Shown one piece after another: positions 17,677 through 27,543 of a stretch of DNA of 64,000 nt (its first letter is position 1; each line of letters opens with the position of its first letter). The translations under genes were made by a program, and so were the position numbers. This DNA is from Bdellovibrionales bacterium (GTDB lineage Bacteria; Bdellovibrionota; Bdellovibrionia; Bdellovibrionales; UBA1609). The notes under the pieces are model-generated. The model was not told the origin of the DNA and did no database searches. It saw only the letters and a list, made by a program, of their open reading frames with translations. The stretch lies in NCBI GenBank assembly GCA_028819305.1, contig JAPPLY010000069.1, positions 1,628 to 65,627 on the forward strand, written 5' to 3'.

Positions 17677-18510
17677 ATGGAAGATCTAAAAAAAATATTT
17701 CAGGAAAAATATAAAGAGTTGGGTATTCCTATACCCAGCCTTCATTTTGTTTTGGGTTCTTTAATGGGATCAGAGTTAGAGGGGTGTCATAAAAACTCTC
17801 AATGGGAAAAGAGTGGGCGTCTGGCTTTCTCCGAAGTACCAGGTTTAAATCCGCCCTCTGCCCCTTCTCACTCCGGTTTTTATGAGTATTTTTATCATAA
17901 AGAAAAACATAAGAGTATTTGTTTTCAATCGGGCAGATTGCATGGTTATGAAGGTTTGTCGGCTCAAGAAGTAGTACGCACAGTCACAGGGCCTTGCCAG
18001 GCTGGTACCAATCGTTTTATGCTTTCCAATATTTCCGGAGGATTAAAGACAGAACTGGTTCCTGGTTCTGTTGTGGCCATCACAGATCATATTAATTTTA
18101 CGGGGAAAAGTCCTCTTGTGGGACTTTCAAAAGAAAAATCGAAGGATTTTTATTTTGTGGATATGGAAAAGGCTTATGATCCTGAAATGACTTCCTCTAT
18201 TGTAGAGGAGATGAAAAAACAAAAATTAACAGTACGGTCTGGTGTTTATATGGGGGTGTTAGGGCCTCAGTTTGAAACACCAGCGGAGGTGCGTTTGTTT
18301 GCCAAGTGGGGGGCTGATGTCGTAGGTATGTCCACAATATGGGAGGTGATAGCTCTTTGTTACTTAAAAGCAAAAGTAGGCGCCTTTTCTATAGTGGCCA
18401 ATCCGGCCTGTGGAGTGGGGAAGTCAGTGGAAATTAATTCTTCTTTTCTCCAACCTTGCTTTTCTTCCATAATAAGGTCTTTTTTTCACTTTGCTAATAA
18501 AAAAGTGTAA
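17677..18510 (+). CDS. punA: purine nucleoside phosphorylase (PNP/MTAP family)
   Basis: 277 aa. GRLHGYEG, GVLGPQFETPAE, GADVVGMST. Confidence 0.85.
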   Translation: MEDLKKIFQEKYKELGIPIPSLHFVLGSLMGSELEGCHKNSQWEKSGRLAFSEVPGLNPPSAPSHSGFYEYFYHKEKHKSICFQSGRLHGYEGLSAQEVVRTVTGPCQAGTNRFMLSNISGGLKTELVPGSVVAITDHINFTGKSPLVGLSKEKSKDFYFVDMEKAYDPEMTSSIVEEMKKQKLTVRSGVYMGVLGPQFETPAEVRLFAKWGADVVGMSTIWEVIALCYLKAKVGAFSIVANPACGVGKSVEINSSFLQPCFSSIIRSFFHFANKKV

Positions 18511-18591
18511 ATAACGGATCCTAAAAAAAAGTCTAAGAATTAAATAAAAAAGTCCAGGGTTTTGGGGACGACTAAAAGACTATTTATTATA

Positions 18592-18888
18592 TTACCACCG
18601 TCGGCCACCACCGCCGCCGCTACCTCTGTTATTTCTTTTACGAGGCTTATCAATAGATTCATTTACTCTCATAGGACGACCTTTTAAATCGTAGCCATTA
18701 AAAGCAGATATGACCGCTTCACTTTCTTCTTTAGAAGACATTTCTACAAAACCAAAACCTTTGGATCTACCAGATTGATGATCGCTAATGATTTTTACGG
18801 AAACCACTTCCCCTTTTGGAGAAAAAAGGTCATTTAACTCACTTTCTGTTACATTATAGGACAGATTACCCACATATAATTTACTCAT
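18592..18888 (-). CDS. RRM-type RNA-binding protein with Gly/Arg tail
   Basis: RNP2 LYVGNL and RNP1 KGFGFVEM. Start set at MSKLYV. The 37-aa upstream extension in the ORF track has no support. Confidence 0.85.
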   Translation of the reverse strand: MSKLYVGNLSYNVTESELNDLFSPKGEVVSVKIISDHQSGRSKGFGFVEMSSKEESEAVISAFNGYDLKGRPMRVNESIDKPRKRNNRGSGGGGGRRW

Positions 18889-19117
18889 TATTTCCTCTCT
18901 TTTAGATGATTTTAAACTCAACGGATTTGACTTTTCCGTACCTTCAAGGGGTTTTGCCCTTGAAATAAATAGAAAACCAAACGGAAAATTCAAATACAAT
19001 CAGTATGTTTTAAACAACCTTACTTAAATTTTTGTTAAAGGACAATACTTCTTTTAAGAGCAAAACAATAGTCTTGTCAAATCAATTATCCTTTAATATC
19101 TATAAAAAGGGCCATAT

Positions 19118-19261
19118 AGTCGGTTCTGAAAAAGTCACAACAAAGTATCATGCCCGCGAAAGCGGGCATCTAGCCCTGTTTACCTTTCTAGATTCCCATT
19201 TTCACGGGACTGAAAGCTCTTAGAGAGCTTTCAGTTTGGTGGGACTTTTTCTCAACCGACT
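19118..19261. mobile_element. T2 MITE-like element (144 bp)
   Basis: TIRs AGTCGGTTCTGAAAAAG / CTTTTTCTCAACCGACT. Inner perfect palindromes ATGCCCGC-GAAA-GCGGGCAT and ACTGAAAGCTCT-TAGA-GAGCTTTCAGT. Confidence 0.85.
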
Positions 19262-19407
19262 TTTTATTATAAAATTTTTGTAAATTTTCATGTTTTTTAT
19301 TGGAATAAAATCAACCTTTATGAGAAAAAATGAGATTATTTATTAAATTAGGGGGAAAATAGACCCACCCGGGTTGATTTGTACTACACTTATAAGGAAA
19401 AACTGTC

Positions 19408-20793
19408 ATGGAAAGAGGTAAAAAGACAATCGGAAAGCAAAAATACAATCAGCCTAAAAAAGGTTCATTTGTGAATCAAAAAAGAGGTTTTTCAACAGTG
19501 ATACTGTGTGAATACCTTCTTTCTATGGAAGGAGGGGATGGGAAAATAACGAAAAATCAAATGATTGTGGTGGATGGAAGCAGGATTCATTCGGTTGGCC
19601 CCATTCCAGAATCTTTACCTGAAGCTGAAGAAGTGATTCGGTTGAATAATCATCTGGTTTGTCCTGGCCTTATCAATACACACACGCATCTTCCTATGGT
19701 TTTATTTCGTGGCTTAGGGGATCACCTCACTTTAAAAAGATGGCTGGAGGAGCTTATTTTTCCCCTGGAAAAAAAGATGGTTGACCCGGATTTTATTCGC
19801 TTGGGGACAGAGCTAGCTATATTAGAGTTGATTAAAAGCGGAACCACCACAATATGTGATATGTATTTCCACACTCCAGTTATGGCTGAAGTATTTGAGT
19901 CTTATGGCTTACGGGGAGTCTTAGCTGTGGATATGCTCGGCTCTTTTTCCGATTGGAAAACAGACTTAGATTATTTATGCGATCGGTACAAGGGCAATAA
20001 TCAACAAGTGTATCCGGCTGTTGCCTGTCATGCCCCTTACACTTGTTCCGCGGAATTACTAAAAATGTCTTCTCAAGAAGCGCGAGATAGGAAAATTCCT
20101 ATTGTTATTCATGTAGCGGAAACGGAGTGGGAAATATCAGAAATTAAAAAGCGATACGGGAAAACTCCTGTGGTTCATTTAAAAGACTGTGGTGTTATTG
20201 GCCCTCAGTGTGTGTTTGTTCATTGTGTGCATGTTAATGAGAGGGATATGGATATAATGGCGGAGACGGGCACCCCTTTGTCGTATAATCCAGAAAGTAA
20301 TATGAAGTTGGGTTCAGGTACGGCTCCTATTTTAAGAGCTATGGAAAAAGGGATTACTGTAGGCATGGGAACAGACGGAGCGGCCAGTAATAATAATTTG
20401 AACTTATTTACAGAAATGGATACGGGGGCTAAATTACAAAAATTAAACAACCCATCTAAAACTATTTTGGCCAGAGATATTTTTTCCATGGTGACTTCTT
20501 CAGCAGCAAAGGTTTTGGGGCTTTCTCACTGTATTGGTAAGATAAAATCTGGTTTTTTTGCTGATATTATTGCTTTAAATTTGAATTATCCTCATTTCTT
20601 TCCTAGAAATGACCTTATTAATCATCTAGTGTATTCCGCTTCAGGAGGGGAGGTGGATTTTATGATGTGTCACGGAAAAGTTTTAATGAAAGAGTCGGAA
20701 ATTCAAGGAGTGGACATGTTTAGGGTGTATGCCTCTGCGGAGATGGTAAAGGAAAAAATAAAACAAGGTACAGGATATACCGATCCAGTTTAA
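19408..20793 (+). CDS. amidohydrolase, 5-methylthioadenosine/S-adenosylhomocysteine deaminase-like
   Basis: 461 aa. Metal motif LINTHTHLPM and a family-typical HVAE...GTDGAASNN. The true start may be the GTG at V22. Confidence 0.7.
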   Translation: MERGKKTIGKQKYNQPKKGSFVNQKRGFSTVILCEYLLSMEGGDGKITKNQMIVVDGSRIHSVGPIPESLPEAEEVIRLNNHLVCPGLINTHTHLPMVLFRGLGDHLTLKRWLEELIFPLEKKMVDPDFIRLGTELAILELIKSGTTTICDMYFHTPVMAEVFESYGLRGVLAVDMLGSFSDWKTDLDYLCDRYKGNNQQVYPAVACHAPYTCSAELLKMSSQEARDRKIPIVIHVAETEWEISEIKKRYGKTPVVHLKDCGVIGPQCVFVHCVHVNERDMDIMAETGTPLSYNPESNMKLGSGTAPILRAMEKGITVGMGTDGAASNNNLNLFTEMDTGAKLQKLNNPSKTILARDIFSMVTSSAAKVLGLSHCIGKIKSGFFADIIALNLNYPHFFPRNDLINHLVYSASGGEVDFMMCHGKVLMKESEIQGVDMFRVYASAEMVKEKIKQGTGYTDPV

Positions 20794-20886
20794 AAATCTT
20801 TAAAAAAGCTCACAACAACAAAAAAAAATCTGGTCCTCATCCCCGTTTCGTGAAGAATCCACCCTTTACAGAAAAGGGAATCACGC

Positions 20887-21129
20887 TAGATCATCGGTTC
20901 TGAAAAAGCCCTAAAAATTTTATTTTATATTTTTGTTATTTTAACGGAAAGCCATTAAAGTGGCTTTCTGTCCCGCGGAAACGAGCATCTAATAAATGAT
21001 AATTAGACCCCCGCTTTTGCGGGGGTGACAACATTCCCAAAAAGCTTGTCTCCGTATAAACAGAGAGATGAATTCATTTTTCCCTCCATTAGCAAAATTT
21101 TGAATAAGAAAACTTTTTCAGAACCGACT
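20887..21129. mobile_element. T2 MITE-like element with nested modules (about 240 bp)
   Basis: Ends ...ATCGGTTCTGAAAAAG and ACTTTTTCAGAACCGACT. Carries hairpins GGAAAGCCATTAAAGTGGCTTTC and CCCCCGCTTTTGCGGGGG. Confidence 0.8.
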
Positions 21130-21152
21130 AAATCGGTTCAGTATATCAAAAT

Positions 21153-22073
21153 TTAATTTTGCCTGGAGAGTAAGTTTCCATAAGAAGAGGGACTGATATA
21201 AAGATGGAAACTTTGTCTGATGTGAATATAACCATCTTCCTCTATTAGTTCTTTTGGAGGGTTGGGAAAAGGGGCGGCAGCTAGAAAAGCGTGCAGAGCG
21301 GCAGAATCAATGTCTTCCGCTCCAGAACCTTTTACTATTCTTATATCTTGAACTTCTCCTTGAGGAGAGAGGTGAACATAGAGGCTTGTGGAAAATAATT
21401 TTTGTATGTGTTTTTTTGTGTTTAATTTGATTAAAAAAGGATGTAACTCTGTTCTAAAGTATTGTGTCCATCTCCAATAAAGTTGCTCCTTCATACGGGA
21501 AAAATAAGAGTAATATGTAAATTCTTTTGTGTTCAATAAGGTGTGAGAACCAGGATCTATTCCTGGGAGAAAATCCATAGTGCGACTTAAGTCTGATTCC
21601 TGTTGCGGTGAAAAAACGCCAGAGGTGTTTATTTTTGAGATATCCATTTGAATGGGGCTGGCAGCGATTTTATCCAATAAGGAAGGGGAAGGATCTAGAG
21701 AGCTGATCTTTCTGGTTGCGTTTGGTTGAGAGAGGGGAAAGGGGGGTGATTTTTTTATGGCATGACCTGGAATAGGGGATTCAGCTTGATAAAAAAGCCC
21801 TTTTAACATAGCTTGGGTTTCTTTTTCTACAGATTTGTCTGCTTGACTGAGATAAGATCTTTGTTTTTGAGGAGTTATCCTATTAAAATTTTTTTGATTA
21901 ACAATTTGTTTATGATCCGGGTAATGCACAAAAACAATATCATCTTCCTTTTGTGAGCTGGTGTTTTGGGATAGAGGGGACCAAATCAGTGACAAAATAA
22001 CACTGTGGACCAGTAATGAAAATAAAAAAGAATAAAAAAAAGGATTTAATCGGGTATTTTTATTTTGAAACAA
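21153..22073 (-). CDS. TonB-like energy transducer (C-terminal TonB domain)
   Basis: 306 aa. N-terminal TM FFYSFLFSLLVHSVILSL. C-terminus GEVQDIRIVKGSGAEDIDSAALHAFLAAAPFPNPP. Confidence 0.55.
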   Translation of the reverse strand: MFQNKNTRLNPFFYSFLFSLLVHSVILSLIWSPLSQNTSSQKEDDIVFVHYPDHKQIVNQKNFNRITPQKQRSYLSQADKSVEKETQAMLKGLFYQAESPIPGHAIKKSPPFPLSQPNATRKISSLDPSPSLLDKIAASPIQMDISKINTSGVFSPQQESDLSRTMDFLPGIDPGSHTLLNTKEFTYYSYFSRMKEQLYWRWTQYFRTELHPFLIKLNTKKHIQKLFSTSLYVHLSPQGEVQDIRIVKGSGAEDIDSAALHAFLAAAPFPNPPKELIEEDGYIHIRQSFHLYISPSSYGNLLSRQN

Positions 22074-22173
22074 AGCAAAAACCTCATTTTTAGGTGATGG
22101 GATTTAAAAATCTGATTCTAACACAGAAAATAAAAATTTCATATATTGAGCATAAAATTGTATATTCTAAGGT

Positions 22174-22902
22174 ATGAAACTGGTTTTTTACTCTGCTACA
22201 GATATTGGTCCTGTTAGAAGAAATAATCAAGACAGTATTTTAGCGGATGGAGATAAAGGGCTTTTTATAGTGGCAGACGGTATGGGCGGCCATCAAGGAG
22301 GTGAGGTAGCTTCTCGTCTTGCTGTTCAGATCATGTCGCAGCAGATAGAAAAAATCCAACAAAAACAGGAGGTTTTTTTATCTACAAACCTCAGAGAGGC
22401 TTGTGTTGAAACTAATAAAATTATTCACAATGAAGGTCAAAAGGATCTGAACTTAAGAGGTATGGGAACCACTTTATGTATGTTGCTTGTGGAAAAGAAT
22501 GGACAATCTTATATTATAAATATAGGGGATTCCAGATTGTATATGGAAAAGGATGGACAAATGTGGTTGCTGACAGAAGACCATAATTTTTTGACCAATC
22601 AAAAAAAAGCCAGTTTTTTATCTGGAGACCCGGAATGGGAGGCTTCTTCGGAGGATAATGTGTTAACGAAAAGTGTTGGGTTTTTTCCTAATGTAGATAT
22701 GGATCTTTTTGAAAGAAAAGTGGAAAAAAAGGAAAAATATCTGATTTGCTCTGATGGATTAAGCGGATTTGTTCCGGATCAAAAGATTCGTAATATTTTA
22801 ACAAAATGTGATTTACAGGATATCCCTGGAGAATGTATTAAGACAGCCTTAGAATATGGCAGTGAAGATAATATTTCCGTAATTGTTATTGAAGTTCAAT
22901 AA
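22174..22902 (+). CDS. PP2C-family Ser/Thr protein phosphatase
   Basis: 242 aa. RRNNQDS, VADGMGGHQGGEVAS, CSDGLS, GSEDNISV. Confidence 0.88.
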   Translation: MKLVFYSATDIGPVRRNNQDSILADGDKGLFIVADGMGGHQGGEVASRLAVQIMSQQIEKIQQKQEVFLSTNLREACVETNKIIHNEGQKDLNLRGMGTTLCMLLVEKNGQSYIINIGDSRLYMEKDGQMWLLTEDHNFLTNQKKASFLSGDPEWEASSEDNVLTKSVGFFPNVDMDLFERKVEKKEKYLICSDGLSGFVPDQKIRNILTKCDLQDIPGECIKTALEYGSEDNISVIVIEVQ

Positions 22903-22915
22903 GACTTTATTGTAT

Positions 22916-23050
22916 TATACCGATCGTTTTTGAAAATTTTAGGTTTAAAAGTTGGTTACGGAAAGCCACTACAGTGGCTGCCCGTTTGAAAGTTACGAAA
23001 AAGCTTTTCCTCGCGAAAGTAGGGAATGGGGATAATATCCACTGGGTATA
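22916..23050. mobile_element. T1 MITE-like element (135 bp)
   Basis: TATACCGATCGTTTTTGAAAATTTTAGGTTTAAAAG...GGAAAGCCACTACAGTGGCTG...CCTCGCGAAAGTAGGG...CCACTGGGTATA. Confidence 0.8.
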
Positions 23051-23182
23051 TATTTATAAACTGTTTGTTGTGGCTAGAATTTAGTGTATATTAGTTTTTT
23101 TTTGCAGCTCTATAGTTTTATTAAAAGGAAAGCCGTTTATATATAATGATGCTAAGGTGTTTTTCTTTGGAGGTAAAGTAAA

Positions 23183-24169
23183 TTGATAAAGAAAAGTTGG
23201 ACTGTATTTGTTGTTTCTAATGATAATACAAAGGGTAGCTTTAAAGAGTTCCTTATTTCTGGAACTAAATTAAAGTATGGTTTAGCTGGTTTTGTGTTTT
23301 TATTTTTATTGCTGGGTCTTTTTGCGGTTGATTATTTTTTGACCTTTTCTGCTCATCTCCATTACCGGCGACATCAGGCTGAAAATCAAAGTCTTAAATC
23401 TCAATTATCTCAAATGCATCTTAAAATGAAAAAATTAAATATCCGGTTACATCAGATTGAGGATTTCTCACATAAAGTTAAAGTGATAGCGGGATTAGAG
23501 CACACTCCCTCCTCCTTTTTGGGAATGGGGCCTTTATCTAGTGCTTCTTTTCCTGATTTACCTGCTACAATTGATATAAAGCCGAATAAAAACCATTCTT
23601 TACATCGTGCACCTACTTCTACCTCATCTGTTCATTCTGAAGTAGTGTCGCCTCCGGCCTCTGTAGATTCTATTATGGTATATATGGATCGTTTGGATAA
23701 AAAATCTCAACTGATAAGAGAAGATGTTATTGTTCTGACAGAACGGTTATACGAACGAAGGGATATTATGAGTAGTACTCCTAGTATTTTACCGGTTAAA
23801 GGTTGGATTAGCTCCCATTTTGGATATCGTCAGTATCCTTTTACAGGAGCTGTGTCTTTACATGAGGGAATGGATATCGCTGCTTTTCCTGGTACTCCTG
23901 TATATGCTCCTGCCGATGGGGTAGTGGTGTTTGCCGGCTACAGAAAAGGATATGGAAATGTCGTGGTTATAGATCATGGATACGAGCTTTCCACTCTCTA
24001 TGGGCACTTATCTGATATTATGGTTTCGCGTTGGCAAAAAACTAAGAGGAGACAGGTCATAGGCACTATAGGTAGTACCGGTAACTCCTCTGGTCCTCAT
24101 TTGCATTATGAAGTACGTATTTCTAATGTGCCAGTGGATCCATCTAATTATATTTTGGATACTCTATAA
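23183..24169 (+). CDS. M23 family metallopeptidase (murein endopeptidase-like)
   Basis: 328 aa, TTG start after GGAGG. N-terminal TM, coiled coil, HEGMDIAA...GTPVYAPADG...GSTGNSSGPHLHYEV. Confidence 0.88.
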   Translation: MIKKSWTVFVVSNDNTKGSFKEFLISGTKLKYGLAGFVFLFLLLGLFAVDYFLTFSAHLHYRRHQAENQSLKSQLSQMHLKMKKLNIRLHQIEDFSHKVKVIAGLEHTPSSFLGMGPLSSASFPDLPATIDIKPNKNHSLHRAPTSTSSVHSEVVSPPASVDSIMVYMDRLDKKSQLIREDVIVLTERLYERRDIMSSTPSILPVKGWISSHFGYRQYPFTGAVSLHEGMDIAAFPGTPVYAPADGVVVFAGYRKGYGNVVVIDHGYELSTLYGHLSDIMVSRWQKTKRRQVIGTIGSTGNSSGPHLHYEVRISNVPVDPSNYILDTL

Positions 24170-24216
24170 AGCGGTGGGAAATTTTTCATAAAAATAGGAA
24201 CAGAGGAGGATTTTTT

Positions 24217-24885
24217 ATGAGTTTTGTTAAAGTATTAAAAGAGGCATTGTCGCCTTATCATTTGTTAAAACACCCTTTTTATCAAATGTGGATGGAGGGG
24301 ACCTTACCTAAAGAATGTTTACGTAAATACGCAGGCCAGTACTATCATCATGTTTCTGCTTTTCCTCGTTATATTAGTGCGTTGCACTCTCTATGTGAAA
24401 ATCAGCAGGATCGTAAAATTCTTCTTGAAAACTTGAACGATGAAGAAGGATCCCAAGGTGGTGAACCTCATCCTGATTTATGGATGTATTTTGCGGAAGG
24501 ACTAGGCTTAGATAAGGAAGAAGTAAAAAAAGCTCCTGTTTGTAAAAGCATTCAGCATTTGATAGATATTTTCTTTTCTCACTGTCGTGGTTCTTATGCA
24601 CAGGGTTTGTCTGCGCTATATAGTTATGAATATCAGGTGCCGGAAGTAGCTGACACAAAAATACAAGGTTTAAAAGAGCATTACGGGATCACGGATAAAA
24701 GAACATTATTGTTTTTTCTAGTGCATAAAGCCGCGGATGTAGAACACAGAAAAGCGATAGAAAAACTATTGGAGAAATTACCAGAAGAGCAACAAAAAGA
24801 AGCTTTAAATTCAGCTGTGGACATAGCGAAGGCATTATGGGATTTTCTAACGGAAATGCAACCATCTCCTTCTGTAACCGCATAA
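24217..24885 (+). CDS. CADD/PqqC/TenA-like heme-oxygenase-fold di-iron protein (candidate pABA synthase)
   Basis: 222 aa. HPFYQMW..G.L..E.L..YAGQYYHHVSAFPRYISALHS, NLNDEEG, ALYSYEYQVPEVA and ADVEH recall chlamydial CADD (CT610) as I remember it. Confidence 0.7.
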   Translation: MSFVKVLKEALSPYHLLKHPFYQMWMEGTLPKECLRKYAGQYYHHVSAFPRYISALHSLCENQQDRKILLENLNDEEGSQGGEPHPDLWMYFAEGLGLDKEEVKKAPVCKSIQHLIDIFFSHCRGSYAQGLSALYSYEYQVPEVADTKIQGLKEHYGITDKRTLLFFLVHKAADVEHRKAIEKLLEKLPEEQQKEALNSAVDIAKALWDFLTEMQPSPSVTA

Positions 24886-24892
24886 AGGTCAA

Positions 24893-25258
24893 ATGCATTC
24901 CTTCTTAGAGATTAAGTCTCTTGTGTTACCTGTTTATATTGGACGTACTAAAGAAGAGCGTCAAAAAAAACAGGACATATCGTTTCATATCACGCTAGGT
25001 TTTATTCAGGCGCCTAAAGGTGAAAAGACAGATCAATTAAAAAACTCTGTTTGTTATTTTAAGGTGTGTGAAAAGCTTAGGAAGCTCACATCCCAAAATA
25101 CCTTTTCTTTGATTGAAAAATTAGCTTTTGAAACTGTGACTATATTAAAAAAAGATCTACCCCCTCATATTTGTGTTCGTGTATGTGTTCATAAAATAAA
25201 AGCCCCGGTTCCTTATTTAAAAGGGGGAGTGTCCTATACTTGCGGAGATTTATTTTAA
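24893..25258 (+). CDS. folB: dihydroneopterin aldolase/epimerase family protein
   Basis: 121 aa. IGRTKEERQKKQ...SLIEKLAFE...VHKIKAPVP pattern of FolB/FolX. Confidence 0.7.
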   Translation: MHSFLEIKSLVLPVYIGRTKEERQKKQDISFHITLGFIQAPKGEKTDQLKNSVCYFKVCEKLRKLTSQNTFSLIEKLAFETVTILKKDLPPHICVRVCVHKIKAPVPYLKGGVSYTCGDLF

Positions 25259-25356
25259 ACATATATGACTGATCTTGTTTGATATCTGTGTCCAAAAAGG
25301 AAATATTTTGTGGTTTTTCACATAAAGCGAGTTATTTCTATAGGAGAGATTTATAA

Positions 25357-26649
25357 ATGGTAGCATATATTGGCCTTGGTTCCAATCTAGGTCATCGTCT
25401 GCAAAATCTGGAATGGGCAGCGAAGCAAGTAATACAAATGGGTTTTCCCATTTTAAAAGTTTCCCCTATATATGAAACTCCCGCTTTGCTCCCACCAAAA
25501 GCTTTAGAGGGTTGGAATCGCCCTTTCTTAAATGCGGTATTAAAAATTCAGTGTCATCAACAAACCCCTGAGCAGCTTTTATTCTTACTGAAAAAAATAG
25601 AAAACCAGATGAGGAGGGAGGATTCAACAAAATGGGCCCCTCGAGTTATTGATCTGGATATTTTACTTTTTAATAAGGAAATAGTTTATTCTTCAGAGTT
25701 ACGTATTCCTCATCCGGAGTTAATACATAGAAATTTTGTTTTGACCCCTTTAAAAGAACTGGAACCTTCTTTAATTATTCCTCCTATCGGGTATTACAAA
25801 GAAAAAAGTATAAAAAAAAGCTATACAGCTTTAGAATATTTTCGTCTTTTGAAATCAAAATTACCGACCTGGATGCATATTTTAAATGTTACCCCTGACT
25901 CTTTTTCTGATGGAGGTGAGTTACACTTGAGTAAATTTGTATCTATATTGCGTAAAATATCGGATAACTATATTCATATTATTGATTTGGGAGCTGAGTC
26001 CACTCGTCCAGGAGCTATACCTATTTCTTCTGAGGAAGAGTGGCAGAGACTTCGGCCTTATGTTGAATTATTTTTTCGTTTTTATAAAGACAAAATATTT
26101 CGTCCAAAATTGAGTGTGGATACGCGATATATAAAAACAGCAAGAAAAGCCCTTGATAAGGGGGTGGATATAATCAATGATGTTAGTGGTTTGTCTAATG
26201 GAATGATAGATTTGCTTAAAAGTACGGAAGCGGAGTATATTCTTATGCATAGTATAACTGTTCCAGCGGATAGAACAAAAACTTTACCAATGAATAAAGA
26301 CCCCGTAAATGAAATAAAAAAATGGCTTAAAGAAAAAGTGAGTATTTTAAAAAAAGAGAACATCCTTCTTGATCGTGTTATTTTTGATCCTGGTATTGGC
26401 TTTGGCAAAACCGCTGACCAATCTTTAGAAATTTTAAAAAGGATACATGAGTTTTATTGTTTTCCTTTACGGGTAGCGGTGGGGCATTCTAGAAAATCAT
26501 TTATGAAATTATTTTCGTCTGATAAGCCAAAAGAAAGAGATCCGGAAAGTGCTGGTATTTCTGTTTCTCTGGTGGAAAAGGGGGTGGATATTTTGCGAGT
26601 GCACGAGACGGATTTTCATGCTCGTGTTATGAAAGGTTTTTTATCTTAA
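25357..26649 (+). CDS. folKP: bifunctional HPPK / dihydropteroate synthase
   Basis: 430 aa. N-terminal GLGSNLG...VIDLDILL...IPHPEL (FolK). C-terminal ILNVTPDSFSDGG...GAESTRPGA...DPGIGFGK (FolP). Confidence 0.9.
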   Translation: MVAYIGLGSNLGHRLQNLEWAAKQVIQMGFPILKVSPIYETPALLPPKALEGWNRPFLNAVLKIQCHQQTPEQLLFLLKKIENQMRREDSTKWAPRVIDLDILLFNKEIVYSSELRIPHPELIHRNFVLTPLKELEPSLIIPPIGYYKEKSIKKSYTALEYFRLLKSKLPTWMHILNVTPDSFSDGGELHLSKFVSILRKISDNYIHIIDLGAESTRPGAIPISSEEEWQRLRPYVELFFRFYKDKIFRPKLSVDTRYIKTARKALDKGVDIINDVSGLSNGMIDLLKSTEAEYILMHSITVPADRTKTLPMNKDPVNEIKKWLKEKVSILKKENILLDRVIFDPGIGFGKTADQSLEILKRIHEFYCFPLRVAVGHSRKSFMKLFSSDKPKERDPESAGISVSLVEKGVDILRVHETDFHARVMKGFLS

Positions 26650-26706
26650 AAATTTGGAATGAGAAAAATTTTTAAGAGATGACTAAAAACCTTTTAGGTT
26701 TTATTT

Positions 26707-27432
26707 ATGGAGAATTTTATGCAAATTAAAGCTATTCGTACACAAGTGTTTTCTCAGGGTATGGACCTGGTGGACTTTATTATTGAAAGTGCGAAAGATC
26801 AATGTAAGGAACAATCTGTTTTGGCTATTACTTCTAAAATTGTTAGTTTGGCGGAAGGAAGGACAATAAGTAAAACAAAAATAGGTAAAAAAGAGTTGAT
26901 TCAAAAGGAATGTGAGCATTATTTAGGTGAAATAGGATATAATTGTCATTTAGCTATTCGTCATGGTTTGTTAGTGCCTTCTGCTGGAATTGATGAGTCT
27001 AATTCGGCCAAAGACGAGTATATTTTATATCCGAAAGATCCTTTTTCTTCGTTGGAACAGATAGCAGAAAAAATAAAAAAAAAATTATCTTTAAAAAGAA
27101 TGGGTTTGATGATGACGGACTCACGCACTTTACCTTTGCGTCAAGGGGTAGTGGGTGTGGCTTTGGCTTACAATGGTTTTCGGGCGGTTAAGGATATGGT
27201 TGGACAAAAAGATTTATTTGGTCGGTGCCTGCGTATGACCAGGATAAACATAGTGGATGCTTTAGCTGCTTCAGCCGTTTTACTTATGGGAGAGGGAGCA
27301 GAACAATGTCCTTTGGCTTTGATTTACGATGCTCCTGTGACTTTTACAGAAAGTACAGACCCATCTGAATTGACAATTTCTATTGAAGAAGATTTGTACA
27401 GACCTTTATACAGAAATAAGTTACGGCCTTAG
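26707..27432 (+). CDS. CofE-like gamma-glutamyl ligase (candidate non-canonical folylpolyglutamate synthase)
   Basis: 241 aa. ITSKIVSLAEGR, SAGIDESN, MMTDS, GVALAYNGF and LLMGEGAEQCPLALI fit the F420-0:gamma-glutamyl ligase fold. Confidence 0.7.
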   Translation: MENFMQIKAIRTQVFSQGMDLVDFIIESAKDQCKEQSVLAITSKIVSLAEGRTISKTKIGKKELIQKECEHYLGEIGYNCHLAIRHGLLVPSAGIDESNSAKDEYILYPKDPFSSLEQIAEKIKKKLSLKRMGLMMTDSRTLPLRQGVVGVALAYNGFRAVKDMVGQKDLFGRCLRMTRINIVDALAASAVLLMGEGAEQCPLALIYDAPVTFTESTDPSELTISIEEDLYRPLYRNKLRP

Positions 27433-27543
27433 CCCCTTTTTTGCCTTAGCCTCTTCTTTGTCTTATTCGTAATATCCGAGCGGCTTTAATTTAGCCCTCT
27501 TTTAATATTCCCTTTTAGCTTTATTCGTAATATCCGACTTGAT

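Noticed and set aside
18889-18999. The N-terminal 37-aa extension of the RRM protein ORF, and similar extensions at 37817-37870, 46935-46976 and 14062-14139.
   Set aside because: The extensions start at non-ATG or poorly placed codons and cover repeat or promoter sequence. Family-typical N-termini begin at the internal starts used in the feature list.
19032-19223. A 63-aa ORF from the ORF track.
   Set aside because: It lies almost entirely inside the T2 element 19118-19261. Its sequence is dictated by palindromic modules and it has no SD.
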